A stretch of 64,000 nt of DNA from Mobula hypostoma (lineage: Eukaryota). Below, piece after piece: positions 11,835 through 25,102 of the stretch. A model generated the notes under the pieces. The model did not search any database. It saw only the letters and a program-made list of their open reading frames with translations, and was not told the DNA's origin. The stretch is from NCBI RefSeq assembly GCF_963921235.1, contig NC_086108.1, forward strand, positions 65,350,001-65,414,000, given 5' to 3'. The translations under genes were made by a program, and so were the position numbers. The first letter of the stretch is position 1, and each line of letters starts with the position of its first letter.

Positions 11835-12065
11835 GGTGGCATGGGGCATGGTAGTGCAATGCTATTATAACGCCTGCAACAGAGGTTCATTTCTCACCTA
11901 CACCTATAAAGAGTTTGCAGATTCTCTGCATGACTGTGGGTTTTCTCCAGGTGCTCCAGTTTCCTACCACAATCCAAAAATTTATGGGTTAGTAGGTTAA
12001 CTGGCCACATGGATGTTACTGGGCAGCAACGGCCTGTTAGCATACTGCATCTCTATCTCTAAATA
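11835..12065 (+). mobile_element. V-SINE/HE1-like SINE
   Basis: Core GGGTTTTCTCCAGGTGCTCCAGTTTCCTACCACAATCCAAA. Confidence 0.75.
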
Positions 12066-13609
12066 AAAATAATTAAAATTGAAAAAAAATCTTCAAATAA
12101 AATAAATTTAAAACTATAATATTGTATCTACAATTAGACAAACAAAATAATGATATTCAACTACAGAATTGGATCTGTAAATTGGAGAAAAAAGTAATAG
12201 TCAAATTTGCTATCATTACCCAAAAACTGAACACAAATACTAATACCATGCAAATATGTTTTGCATTTACATAGAGAACTTACAATGTGATGGATTTTCA
12301 CTGTTGAAGGCCGGGGGCCTTGTTTGCCAAGTTCAGCTTTCTAAATACAGCAGCTAAAATTTCAAAAGATTAAATAATTGTGTTAAACTTCCAACTAATA
12401 TACTTTGTTTAGCTTTTGTCATAAGCAGAAGCCAGTTTTCAGTTCTTAATGTAAACTGAAAACAATAATCAGCCTTAAGTTAAAAGGACAGCTTAGTAAA
12501 CAAATATAGCAGAGACAAGCTGGCCCACAGCACAAGGCAATGGGGTTATATTAATGAGTTTGTTGCAAACCAGGCAACAACGGCTAAGTTAATTAGTTCA
12601 AAGAAGACCTGATTAATACTATTACTCAGCACATTAAATAGCTGAAAGGTTTGTGTACTCAAAAAGTCAGCTTCATAACATTAGTTGTAGGTATCTGGGA
12701 ATCTGTATCCCCATAAGCTTTTAGACCTGTGTGAAAAGGTATTTGAAAAAAAAATCATAATCATGTGAAGTTAACCAGGTGGCAGAAAATCAAAATAAAT
12801 GCGAGAGAAGTCAGACATTTTAGGAATGGTAAAGAATATGAAGAAGAATGATTGAAAGATGGTGAAATAGAATCCATTCTTCTCCCTTCGATTTCTATGA
12901 TGGATGATTCATTCATCTGCAACTCACTGTTATATCTTTTTAGCTCATAATTGCACCTGTGTTTTGGAAATCCTTTATGTTTTATATTGTTTGTAATTTG
13001 GAAATCCTATTTAAAAAAACTCTGTGAGCTTTAAATGTGTTTTAAGAATTTTATTTAAATGTAAACATGCATCACTAAAAATAAACTGTGTTTAAACTAC
13101 TTTGTTAGCTGGAAATTACTCCTCTTTGGGGAATCCACTACTCAAATAGTGGGTATTGGCATTTAAATTTGCTGTGGAGAATAAACAGGGAAGTGAATGA
13201 GTCTTTGAAGATTGGATAGTATAATCTCCTTCTAGTGAGACACATAGCTATCTGTCCCTGATAGAACTCTAGATCTTCATCTGAGTTTAGAACTTCACGG
13301 TCAGCAAGCCCAATACCATCACAACAATAGACATCTAACATAGGAACTCCTAGATCAGTTGGTCTTAAATCCATAATTGTGAAAATGCTGGAATACACCA
13401 AAAAGTATGTAAAGACATCAGAGTTCATAGAAAATCAGAGTATGATTAAATAGTAACAGCGTAATTTTAAGATCAGAAATCAGGTTTGACACTTTTGATA
13501 GCTTTCTGAGGATGGTGGGAAATAATAAAGATGTTACAAAGTTAATCATGCAGGTAAAATAGTAATCCAAGAGATGAATGGCAGCATATTAATTAAAAAT
13601 ATTAAATGT

Positions 13610-13900
13610 TTATTTATTTATTGAAATTCAGTGAGGAATACGCCCTTCTGGCCCTTTGAGCTGTGATGTCCAGCAACCTGAGATTTAACCCTATCCTAAT
13701 CATGAGACAATTTACAATGACTAATTAACCTACTAAATGGTATGTCTTTGAACTGTGGGAGAAACTGGAGCTCCCACAGAAAACCCACACATTCCTTGGG
13801 GAGAATGTACAGACACCTTACAGATAATGTCAAAATTGAACTCTAATGCTCTGAACTGTAATAGCATTGTGCTAACCACTATGCTACTGTGGCACCCAGT
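13610..13900 (-). mobile_element. V-SINE/HE1-like SINE
   Basis: Reverse complement of the V-SINE core (GTGGGAGAAACTGGAGC..AAACCCAC). Confidence 0.75.
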
Positions 13901-14154
13901 GTTAATGATTAAATAAACCATATTGTTTAAATGGTTAGAATTCTATAAAATAGAATAGTCTTTCTCAGTTTGGCACATGGTTATTGGTCTGTTGCGATAT
14001 GAATCAATATTGGGCTCTCAGCTATTTAGATGAAAAGAGAAATTGCCAGCCCTTGAACCTTCCTGATAGTACAAAACTGATTGGGAATGGGAACCGTGAG
14101 AAGCAAAACAGTTTGCAAAAAGATAGAGACACATTAAGCGGATAGACATAAAAC

Positions 14155-15022
14155 TGGTCGTCTTGTAAGTTTGCCAACCACACAACTATTGTTGGTAGAA
14201 CTTCAGGTGGTGATGAAGAGGCATACAGAAATGAGGTAGATCAGCTGGTTGAATGGTGACACAGCAACAACCTTGCACTCAAAATTGTTAGATCAGGGAA
14301 TTGATTGTAGACTTCAGGAAAGGGAAATCGAGGAAACACAGAGCAGTCCTCATCAAGGGATCAGAAATGGAAATGGTGAGCAGTTTCTAGTTCCTGGGTG
14401 TCAACATCTCTGAAGGTCTATCCCTGACCCAACATATTGATGTAATTGTAAAGAAGGTATGACAGTAGCTGTATTTCATTAGGAGTTTAAGGAGAATTGG
14501 CATGTCACTAAAGACACTTGCAAATTTCTACAATGTACCGTGAAGAGTATTGTAACTAGTTGTATCAGTATCTGCTATGGAGTAGTCACTACACAGGACC
14601 AGAAAGATCTGCAGAAAGTTGTAAACTCAGCCCACTCCATCAGGGGCACTAGTCTCCCCAGCATCAAGGACACCTTCAAAAGGTGACCCCTCATAAAGGC
14701 AGCATCCATCATTAAGGACCCCCATCACCCAGGACATCACCCTTTTCTTATTGCTACCATCAAGGAGGAGGTACAGGAGCCTGATGACACACACCCCATG
14801 TTTCAGGAAGAGCTTCTTTCCCTCCACCATCAGATTTTGGAACGTACAATGAACCCATAAACACAATGTTAATACTTTTCCCTCTGTTTTTGCACTATCT
14901 ATTTAGTTTTTTAATATATACTTCTTATTGTAATTTACAATTTTTATTAAGTATTGTGATGTATTGCTGCTGGAAAACAACAAATTTTATGTCATATGCC
15001 AGTGGTATTAAATCTGATTCTT
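14155..15022 (+). mobile_element. Rex1/Babar-clade LINE 3' fragment
   Basis: Decayed KFADDTT..ELIVDFRK..FLGVNIS..HPGH.LF.LLPSGRRYRS, followed by an AT-rich 3' tail. Confidence 0.8.
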
Positions 15023-15164
15023 ATAGGTGAGCACAATGTGGGATAGCGTACACTAACAGGAAAGTAATAAACAAAGATTTTTTTTAAATGGTGAAAAGGC
15101 AATAAATACTTGTGTGAAAAGGGATCCAAGTTTGCTAATTTTGAAATCCAGGAAGTAAATGCAG

Positions 15165-15800
15165 AATCATAATCAGGTTTATTATCACTGAATTATATGC
15201 CATGAAACTCCTGCCAGCTTATACTCCTTTCCTTCTCCCCACCTTCTATCTGGTTTCTTCCCACTATCTTTCGAGCTCTGGTGAAGGATCTTGGCCAGAA
15301 ACATTGACTGTTCATTTCCCTCCATAGATGCTGCCTGAACAGTTGAGTTCCTCAGGCACTTTGTGGGTATTATTTTTTATTGTTATTTGTTTTTTTTTGC
15401 AGCAACAGTTTAGTGCAAAGACATAAAATTACTATAAATTACAAAATAAATAAAGTGCAAAAAGGAAATATTGAGGTGCTGTTAAAAATCTGATGGAGGA
15501 GGGGAAGAAGCTGTTTCTAACTCCTTGACTGTGAGCTTTCAAGCTTTGTACCTCCTCCCCAATGTTAGGAACAAGAAGAGGGCATATCCCAGATAATGAA
15601 CGTCCTCAGTGAAGTATGAATCCTTCTTTGAAGCATCACCTCTTGAAGATGTTCTCAATACTGGGGATAGTTGTGCCCATGGTGGGACAAGCTGAGCCTA
15701 CAACTCTCTGCAGCCTCGTACGATTCTGTGCATTAGAGCCTCCATACCAGGCTTTCATACAACCAGCCAGAATGCTCTCCATTGTGTACCTTTAGAAATA
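15165..15800 (-). mobile_element. Rex1/Babar LINE 3' fragment containing a Penelope-like terminal insert (about 15210-15372)
   Basis: Reverse complement of the same C-terminal motifs and tail as 14155-15022. Confidence 0.7.
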
Positions 15801-16384
15801 GATACATAGAGATAAAATAGAGTCAAGAAGATTTAAGCAATGGTAGTTACTGTTGAAAAGGAGTGGAGAACAAAATTAAGGACGTCTTGATCAGATTGAA
15901 TAGTGCTTTGATAAGATACCTTTGGGATAATGTGTGGGATTTTGTGCTCTGTACCCAAGAATGGATAGATTTGGTGCAATGTAGGTTTGCTACTTTGATT
16001 CTCAGAATTTGGGGGTTATCTTATGATTGAACAACCTAGGCCTATATCAGTGGAGCTAAGGTTATCTGATTAAAATGTATAAAGTTCAGCGAAAAGATGC
16101 TGGTTGGTTGTATCTCCTATGTCTTCATTTTATCAGTTGATATCAATAGAATTAGCTCTCTCACAGTGAGTCTATTTAACTTTAATTACATTTATTCTTT
16201 TGAGCCAATGTGATCTCATGTGACATAACTCCATGTAACACACCTTTCTTCATAACCATTAAGAAGAACAAAGGACATAGCAAGAGTTGGCCTTTTGGCT
16301 TTTCATGCCTGTCATAATTAAGTAAAGTCACGCTGTATTTTTACCTCAGCACTATTCTCATTCTCTTAATATCTATTAACCTAG

Positions 16385-16900
16385 TCAAAGTTCAAAGTAC
16401 ATTTTTAAACTCAAAGTATATATATGTCACAATATAAAACCCAATGATTCATTCTCCTGTGGGCATACTCAGCAAATCTATAGAACAGTAACTACAACAG
16501 GATCAATAAAAGATCAACCAGAGTGCACAAGACAACAAGCTGTGCAAATGCAAATATAAATAAATAGTAATAAATAATGACAACATGAGATGAAGAGTCC
16601 TTAGTGTGAGGTCACTGGTTGTGGGAACATTTCAATGATGGGGCAAGTGGTGTGTAGTTACCTCCTTTTATTCAAGAGACTTATGGATGAGGGGTAGTTG
16701 ACTGTTCCTGAACCTGGTGGTGTGAGTCCTGAGGCTTTCGCACCTTCTCCCTGATGGCAGCAGTGAGAAGAGAGCATGACCTAGGTGGTGGGGATCTCTG
16801 ATGATGGATGCAACTTTCCTAAGAGTGTTTCATGTAGATGTGCTCAATGGTAGGGAGGACTTTACCTGTGATGTACTGGGCCAAATCCACGACCTTTTTA
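16385..16900 (-). mobile_element. Rex1/Babar LINE 3' fragment
   Basis: Reverse-complement LLPSGR..SLRTHTTRFRNS, with a (TTTGAAC)n tail. Confidence 0.75.
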
Positions 16901-17024
16901 TAGTGGCTGAGCATTAACAGCTGTCATCTATTTTAACAGCTGACCCTGGTTATAGCCAAGAGAAACACCAACTGCTTGTTGATCCCTGAAAATTCTGTAT
17001 ATTTTGTTGCGATTCTCTCATTCT

Positions 17025-18048
17025 CCGGTGCCCCACAAGGCTGTGTACTCAGTCCCCTGCTGTACTCACTGTACACCCATGATTGTGTAGCCAAGTTTCC
17101 ATCAAACTCAATACATAAGCTTCTGATGACACAACAATTGTAGGCCGTATCTCAGGTAATGATGAGTTTGAAAACAGAGAGGAAATTAAGAACCTGGTGG
17201 CATGGTGTGAAGACAATAACCTATCCCTCAACGTCAGCAAGACGAAGGAATTGGTTGTTGTCTTCAGAGGAGTAGCGGACCTCACGACCCAATTTACATC
17301 GGTGGTGTGCAAGTGGAACAGGTCAAAAGCTTTAAGTTCCTTGGGGTCAATATCACAAATGACATGACTTGGTCCAACCAAGCAGAGTTCACTGCCAAGA
17401 AGGCCCACCAGCGCCTTTACTTCCTGAGAAAACTAAAGAAATTTGGCCTGTCCCCTAAAACCCTCACTAATTTTTATAGATGCACCGTAGAAAGCATTCT
17501 TCTAGGGTGCATCACAACCTGGTATGGAAGTTGTCCTGTCCAAGACCGAAAGAATCTGCAGAAGATCATGAACACGGCACAGCACATGACACAAACCAAT
17601 CTTCCGTCCTTGGACTCACTTTACACCGCACGCTGTCGGAGCAGTGCTGCCAGGATAATCAAGGACACGACCCACCCAGCCAACACACTTTTCGTCCCTC
17701 TTCCCTCCGGGAGAAGGCTCAGGAGCTTGAAGACTTCTATGGCCAGATTTGGGAACAGCTTCTTTCCAACTGTGATAAGAGTGCTGAATGGATCCTGACC
17801 CGGATCTGGGCCGTACCCTCCAAATATCCGGACCTGCCTCTCAGTTTTTTTGCATTACCTTACTTTCCATTTTTCTATTTTCTATTCATGATTTTTAATT
17901 TAAATTTTTAATATTTACTAATTTTTACTATTTTTAATATTTGATATTTGTAATCCAGGTAGCGGGAAGCGCAGAATCAAATATCGCTGTGATTATTGTA
18001 TGTTCTAGTATCAATTGTTTGGGGACAATAAAATATAAGTATAAAGTA
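17025..18048 (+). mobile_element. Young Rex1/Babar LINE 3' part
   Basis: GAPQGCVLSPLLYSLYT RT motif. Open ORF 17307-17798 (FKFLGVNIT..QRLYFLRKLKKFG..PLPSGRR..NSFFP). The tail is also present inverted at about 63497-63576. Confidence 0.9.
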
Positions 18049-18350
18049 TTCTTCAAAACTCTAGCAAACATTACCCCAGAAAACTCAACCATTTAGTCCA
18101 GTATTTGATTTGGAACCTTTACTGCACTCAAGTACAACCTTCTGAAAAGAGAGCCTATATATATATTTTGTGTGCAGGGGAAAGGGTCAATGTGCCTGTT
18201 CTGTATTTGTTGTTTTTTTGTGCCGGGAGGGGGGATTTGGGGGTTGATAATCATGCTGCAATTCTTTTCTTTCTTGGTTTCATGGCTACCCGGAGAGGCA
18301 GAATTTCAGAGTTGTATACTTTGATAATAAGTGAACCTTTGAACTATCTT

Positions 18351-18498
18351 TTGGATCTCCCCCTCCCCCTTTCAAATCTCTTACTAGCTCTTCCTTCAGT
18401 TAGTCCTGACGAAGGGTCTCGGCCTGAAACGTCCACTGTACCTCTTCCTAGAGATGCTACCTGGCCTGCTGCGTTCACCAGCAACTTTGATGTGTGTT
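18351..18498 (+). mobile_element. Penelope-like solo terminal repeat with hammerhead motif
   Basis: TSD CTTTGAACTATCTT at 18337-18350 and 18499-18512. Hammerhead motif at 18402-18437. Confidence 0.85.
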
Positions 18499-19189
18499 CT
18501 TTGAACTATCTTCTAGTTTGCTTCACGATGATTTGATATATATTGCAGCGAGCTGCCCCTATTCTTGTAGTTAAATCACATTACAATAAAAGCTAATACA
18601 CATTTGTCTTTCTAATTGTTTCCTGCACTTGCATGCTAACTTTCAGCAATTCTTGCACTGCACTGCCACCTGGCTTTGTATCATTAGCAAACTTGAATCC
18701 ATTAAATATGAACTCATACAGATTGAATATTTTTGACCACCAAAACTTAAGGTGAAAGTTAACCCAAGTTATTTTCTTCTTGCTAAAGATCATTCCATTT
18801 TCTGGGGTCCTCTATATGATACCTTTCTGTTGGGAACATACACAACCATGACTTGCACCTTCCTTTTTTACTCTGACCTATGTTTATGCTCTTTGCACTT
18901 TTCAGAGTGTTTTCTTTGATTTTAATTCATTTTTTCATGCTTTCTTTACAGAGTAATCTAATTTTATGTTTTTTAAAGTTTAAAATCTTCCACTTTCAAT
19001 GCTTTTTTGTACAGTCCAGTCTCCACTCGATCCCACAACCCCCACCCCCAGAAGGCTTAGGTCTTTCTGCCCTTTTTAATATAAACGCCCTAGAATTCCG
19101 AACTTGTATATCACCACGTTATCGCATTCGTTTGAAGAATCATTTTGAATTTACAGATAAAGCTCCTGTTAACAAATATTTCTATCTCG

Positions 19190-19720
19190 CTGGACTGTAC
19201 GGGTGGGGAAAATGTTTCCATTTGCTGGTGGTTGCCAAAGAAACTTCGGCCTGGCTGATCTTCCAGCGCGGAGGAGGCCCGGCCTGTGTCCCCAGCTTGT
19301 CCCAGGAGGAACTGAGGCCCAACACACAATTCGAGTTCACCTGTCCCCCGCCTTCTAAAATGTCCCAGGGATACCTTTCCTCAGGCCCGTCCCGACTCAT
19401 CACCCAGTCCCAGTCCAGGACAGGTGACACTGCCCGCTCCCGCTCCCGGAGGAGGTGACTCACTGCCCCGGTCGATTTCCTGTCTCAGGTGAGCTGTGAA
19501 TCACTTCCGCTCGGGCTGGCAGGTGAGGTCGGATTTTCGCTGAGGCCGCTAAACTGAGGGGGGACGGAAAGGTAAAGTTGTAGGTGTCTGGCCGCATTGC
19601 CCGGGGCTTAGCGAACAAAGTTAGCGCAGTAATTGAAAGCCGCGGGGCGGCCACAGTGGTCGCTTTGTGCGATCGGGTCTCGGCCAGTGGACGGGTGTGA
19701 TAATCGCCGCCGTCCCCAAG
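19190..19720 (+). promoter_or_regulatory. CpG island: putative PATJ promoter and non-coding first exon
   Basis: Strong GC/CpG enrichment in AT-rich surroundings, with a CCCCGCC GC box and a CACTTCCG ETS motif. Candidate donors are CAG|GTGAGG (about 19522) and AAG|GTAAAG (about 19571), roughly 1.9 kb upstream of the ATG exon. Confidence 0.7.
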
Positions 19721-20884
19721 TTAGAGGAGAGTAAAGTTTGCTCATTCGAGAGGAAGTGGCACTCTCACTAAAGACTCTTTATATGTGGACGGATAGATTG
19801 GTGTTTTATTTCCCTTGTTTGATTTTAGAATATTGAATTACAATACTGAATTAAAATTTGCTTACGTCTTCAATTTTCTGTATTGACACAGAATCACTTA
19901 AAATAAGGGTAATTTGGCATGTAAAAATTTCATCTAGAAGTTCAGTGAATCTTTTTTTTAATGTTGCTGGCACTGTATTCTCAGTCTTTCAGTTGTACAA
20001 ATATTCTTATAGTTAAACAGTCGGATGTATATTATACTAAAGTATTTACAATAAATTAGAAAAAGAACGCAATGTTGGATTAATTCGGCAAGGTCAGTCA
20101 GCAATGATTGAAATTGAGATTATTTCCAGTCTAACAAAAACATGTTTTTAATTTCAGGTTTTCATCTACTGAAATATTGTGCTTTTTATATTTTATGCAA
20201 AACAATTCTTTTCATTTTTATGTACATTTTGACATTATAAGATTTAGATTTCCAGCTTCATTACAGTAAATAAGGTCTGTGAACAACAGTAGAGAACCTT
20301 TTTAAAAAAGTTATTTTATTTTCTGTTTACTTTTGCAGTAAGGTGTAATTGTAATGGCTGAAGTTACTTATAAACAAATACAGTAACAAAATCGATTAAT
20401 GATTGACTGAAATAAATACAAATGGCAGAGACTATCAACAGGTTAAAAGTTATTCCAAATCAAGCAAAATTAGTTGATATTTCAGATAGAAATATTTACC
20501 CAAATTAAAACTGATTATAGAAAAACATCATTTAAAAAGAATAAGTTAATGTTTACATAGTGCTTTACCTACTATGAAGCACCCATAATAGTCTATAGCA
20601 AAAGAAGTATCTTTGGTGTTTATGTTCCAGTCCTAGGAAAAGTAACAGATCATTTGTTGCCTGTTCTTATTTGAGTACTGCTTTAAGGTTTTTATGTTGA
20701 AGTGGTAGAGCTAAATAGTGCCCATTTTAACCTGTCATCATATTAAACGTAGGGGAATTTGGGGGTTGATGATTGTGCTGTCTTTTCTTTTTCTTTCTTG
20801 GTTTCATGGCTACCCAGAGAATTAAAGAATTTCAGAGTTGTATACTTTAATGATACAATGGACCTTTGAACCTTTTATGTAGAA

Positions 20885-21142
20885 GCTGGAGAGCACTCTT
20901 TCCCAAAGAGTGGTGAATGTCTGGAATTCTCTGCCCAATGAAGCAGTGGAGGCTACCCCAGTAAATATATTTAAGACAAGGCTGGATAGATTTTTGCATA
21001 GTAGGGGAATTAAGGATTATGGGGAAAAGACAGGTAGGTGGAGATGAGTCCATGGTCAGATCAGCCATGATCTTATTGAATGGCAGGGCAGGCTCAATGG
21101 GCCAGATGGTCTGCTCCTGCTCCTATTTCTTATGTTCTTATG
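20885..21142 (+). mobile_element. CR1 LINE 3' end
   Basis: FSQRVVNVWNSLP-type C-terminus, 3' UTR and (TTCTTATG)n tail. Confidence 0.85.
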
Positions 21143-21445
21143 TAAATCCTATTTTTGAATGTATTGACAGGGCTCTGTGTGGCTGACGAAAAGTTCATTT
21201 AAAAAAGGTGTAAACTTTCTCAATGTTTACAGTCTTTTCCTTTAAGTGCTTAAGTATAGATTTTATCAATTTTAAAATTGACTTAATCAGTCTCTGAAGT
21301 ACCGTCATGCAATGTAGTAAAGCAATATTAATATAGAAATAAAATTGATTTGAATTGGTTGCTGTATGGATATGATATTTCACATTTCTAACATTTCTTT
21401 CATTACAGATTCTTTAAAAAATACCGTACAACGGAAGATATAATC

Positions 21446-21467
21446 ATGCCAGAGAATCCTTTAGCAG
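21446..21467 (+). CDS. PATJ: PATJ first coding exon (exon spans 21409-21467)
   Basis: Acceptor ttacag at 21408. ATG CCA GAG AAT CCT TTA GCA G|gtac gives MPENPLA, matching the PATJ N-terminus MPENPA. Confidence 0.88.
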
Positions 21468-21879
21468 GTACTTTCTCAATCCATTAGGGTTTTTTTTTTG
21501 TTTTATCTCCCAATGAAATATTAGCAGTCTATTATAGTGTCTTGAAGTTTTTGAGAATTCTTGTTTGTTGTACCTTTTTTCTTCTCTTGTCATGATTGAA
21601 CATATTAACATAGAAAATCTATTGTCATCCACTCTAATGACACTGCCTTATCAGCTGGTCCAGCCCCATTGCCAGTTTTGCCTTCCTTGGCCATAAGGCC
21701 AATGAGCTTGCTCTGCCTCTCAACCCCATTCCTTTCAAATAAAAAATACTTTTTTCAGCTTTAAATTGATTTATAAGACATGATACCCCCAAGCGTGAGA
21801 AAGGATGCAGATCCAAATTGTGCTGGACACAAAATGTTTACTAACTTCAGGTATCTCATGACTGACTCATTGTGAGTAG

Positions 21880-23175
21880 TAGCAAATTTATTGTCAAATG
21901 CACAAATACATGTATGTATAGGTTAAATGAGAAAGATCATCACAATCACATAGCATCAGGTCCACAACATTCAAGAAAAAAATACATGTTTATACAAGAA
22001 AGAACATAATTAGAATGAAAAATGTTCATAGTATTGCAAAGTGGTCATAGTGCTGTTGTCCTGCGAAGGTGATTAGAGTTGTGCAGGTTAGCTCATGAGT
22101 AGAATGATAGCATAGTGGTTAACACATCACTTCAGAGCACCAGCTTTCACTCATTAGGGTTCAATTCATGTTTTTCCCTGTAAGGAGTTTGTATGTTCTC
22201 CCTGTGACCTTGTAGGTTTCCTCCGGGTGCTCTGGTTTCCTTCCACATTCCTAAAATTTACAGTTAATGTTAGTGAGCTGTGGGCATGCTACGTTGGTGC
22301 CAGAAGCATGGTTAGACCAGCGGACTGCCCAACTGATTTGATTTAACACAAAATGACACATTTTACTGTATGTTTTAATGTACATGTGAGAAATAAAGCT
22401 AATCTTCAGAATGATTGATAGGAAGCAGTGTTCTTGCACCTTCTGCCCAATGAAGGTACAAGAAGATAGAATGGCCTGGATCTTTGACAATAATTGTTGT
22501 CTTCTTGAGTCAGCATCTCGTAGCTGCTACCAGTGGTGGGGAGAGACGTGCCAGTAATGTAGTAGTGGTTGAGTCTACTATGCTCTTCTCCTTCATGTGA
22601 TTCTGAGCATTTGAATTATCATTCCAGAGCATGATGCAACCAGTCAGGATACTTTCAGTGGTGTATCTGTAGAAATTTGTTGGTGTGTTCAGTGACAACT
22701 TGAACATCCTTAACCTTCTAAGAAAATAAAGACACCAGCATACCTTCCTTATGATTGCATCTATGCCCAGGGCAGGTAATCCAAAATGTCAGTGCCCAGG
22801 AATTTAAAACAGTTTACCAATGTAGATTGGTAACTTTCTGCCGTCCTTCCCCTTCATGAGGTCAAAAATCAGCTCTTTAGTTTTGATAACACTGAGTGAG
22901 AGGTGCTGAATTGTCTAACTACACTGGTGTCACTGGAGCTGGGCACAGCCACACAGTCATGTGTGTGTAGGAAGCAGAGGCACACTTGTGTTGATGGTCA
23001 ATGAGGAGGAGATGTAGCTTCCAGTTTTCACTGTCTGAGATCTGCCAAAGTGGAAGTAGAGGATCCAGTTGCAGAGGGAAGTGCAAAGGCCCACCTCTTG
23101 AAGGTTATTATTGCATTTATACGTGATGATCGTGTTGAATTCCAAACTAGTCAATGAACAGCAGCCTGACATATG
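21880..23175 (-). mobile_element. Old Rex1/Babar LINE with a nested V-SINE (about 22105-22410)
   Basis: ORF remnant TNFYRYTTESILTGCI..W. SINE core GGTTTCCTCCGGGTGCTCTGGTTTCC. Confidence 0.7.
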
Positions 23176-23719
23176 TGTTCTGGTGGTGCTGTTTTATATT
23201 ACTTTTTACAGTAAGGGGATTGGTATAGTTTCATCAATAGAATGTAGAAGGAGAAATGTGGGAAGCATATTTTGAGGAAATCCATATTAGATACAAGACT
23301 GAATATTTTGTTGTAATTTTCCTTTGTGGTTTTTAAAAATTTATACACTGTTTTCTTTGACTTTGAATGACCTGACTATAATTAATTATAATTTAGTTTA
23401 ATTTCTTTTGCCATTACATTTTCATCTACAACTTGGTGCTCTCCATCCTAAAATGCTTCAACTCTGCTCTGCTGCAGAATCTCTGACTGAACAAGTCTAC
23501 CATTCATGCCACTCATATCAGCCACTTCCCAGTTTCACCATTTCTACATCAAACCTTCAACTTCCACATTTCGATATGCCTGCTCTACTAATATGTCCTT
23601 CATTCCAATATTTTATTCTACAACACAATTGATAGATTACAATGCATGGTGTTACAAGTGCTTACAGGGATGCAATTAACTAATGCTAATTTTTTTTCAA
23701 TTAAATTTTCATTACACAG

Positions 23720-23889
23720 TCGATAAACAGCAGGTATTGCAAGCTCTGGGTCGCTTGCAGACACGATTACATGAGAGAGGAGATTCATCTCAACATGAGA
23801 AGCTAAACATTTTCCGTGATACAATTGAAAGCCCTTTGTTCAATCAAATAATAACCCTTCAGCATTCCATCAAACAGTTGAAGAAACAG
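23720..23889 (+). CDS. PATJ: PATJ exon, L27 domain
   Basis: (V)[58 protein letters not shown] acceptor; donor is GCAAGT. Confidence 0.93.
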
Positions 23890-24377
23890 GCAAGTGCTTA
23901 AATCGTTTTTGTTATTGCATGTTTGATTCCATCTTCATGAAATCCACTTAAAAATATAGTTCATTGTGAGGTGTGAAATGCTTGATCTAACTTTTGCAAA
24001 ATTATGTTTATTTGAATACTAATTTACAAGATAACTTTGGCTTACCTTGTGCTGTTCACAATTTAGATTTGCCATGATGTTACTAAGTTTCAGTCAGATA
24101 GCTGTGTTGTATAATCTTACATTCCTTTTTTTTGTTTTACATATTAAAATCACTTATTCTTTTTACACTTGTCCATATTATGCAGCAATCAATTTAGAGT
24201 GAGTACGATATCGCCCCTTAATTTTATTTTTCAGAGAATCTTTTATGATTTGGAACAGGTATTTATACTGTCCCATTTTGGATTTCTTAGAAAAACCTAT
24301 TTTTTGGTGTATCAATTTTATTACAGAGTGCAGTTGCTGCTGGATTTAAAATAACTTAATTTAGTATCTGTCCACAG

Positions 24378-24590
24378 CTGAACCGCATGTCCACAAATGC
24401 ATCGTCTGATTTTGACTTTTCACAAACGGGACTCTTGGTGTTCAATGCAGAACATTCTATCAATAAGGCAGCTCTAGCAGAAGATGCGAAACTATTTCCA
24501 GATACTCCATTTTATGACCAAACAAGATCATTGCAGACCCCTGAAAGAACACAAGAGGAATTTGATAATATTATTCAAATTTTAGCTCAG
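24378..24590 (+). CDS. PATJ: PATJ exon, L27-PDZ1 linker
   Basis: LNRMSTNASSDFDFSQTGLLVF...EEFDNIIQILAQ. cag acceptor, gttagt donor, 213 nt, phase 0/0. Confidence 0.92.
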
Positions 24591-25102
24591 GTTAGTGTTT
24601 ATTTTTTTTAACATGGTGCGATAAATTAATATTAGACTGACAAACAGCACTTCGATACTGTTTAAAAATGGTGGGGTATGATTATGATAATACTAGCTTG
24701 TCTTGAGAATTTGAAATTTTAATCATTCTTGTGCTAAGTGGTGAAAACGAAACAGTAAACACGGAATTGCAAGAATATGGTTATTTTTATAACTTTTTTT
24801 CGAAATTGCTCCTTTTGTGTGAATGTTGATAAGGGTGTTCAGGTGCATCACAGACAGAGATGTACATTTTCAAATTATCCCTACTTAATGATTGGCTAAT
24901 TTAATCACAGTTGTACAGTTTCAATGATTTTTTTTGAGAAATTCTGCATAATACTGTTAATTATCTACTTTCCATTTAGATATATGCATGTAATTGCAAA
25001 TGTCCTTGTTAAATCAGTTGTTAGGCTAATTAGATATTTATGTATAACAACTATAATCAAATATTTGCCTGTATTAATTCCACTTTTGAAATTATTCATC
25101 AG

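Noticed and set aside
13138..13428. 96-aa minus-strand ORF as a possible exon
   Set aside because: No recognisable homology, and it partly overlaps an old plus-strand CR1 remnant.
18880..19654. ORFs of 192, 93 and 64 aa over the CpG island
   Set aside because: No recognisable homology; these are explained by base composition.
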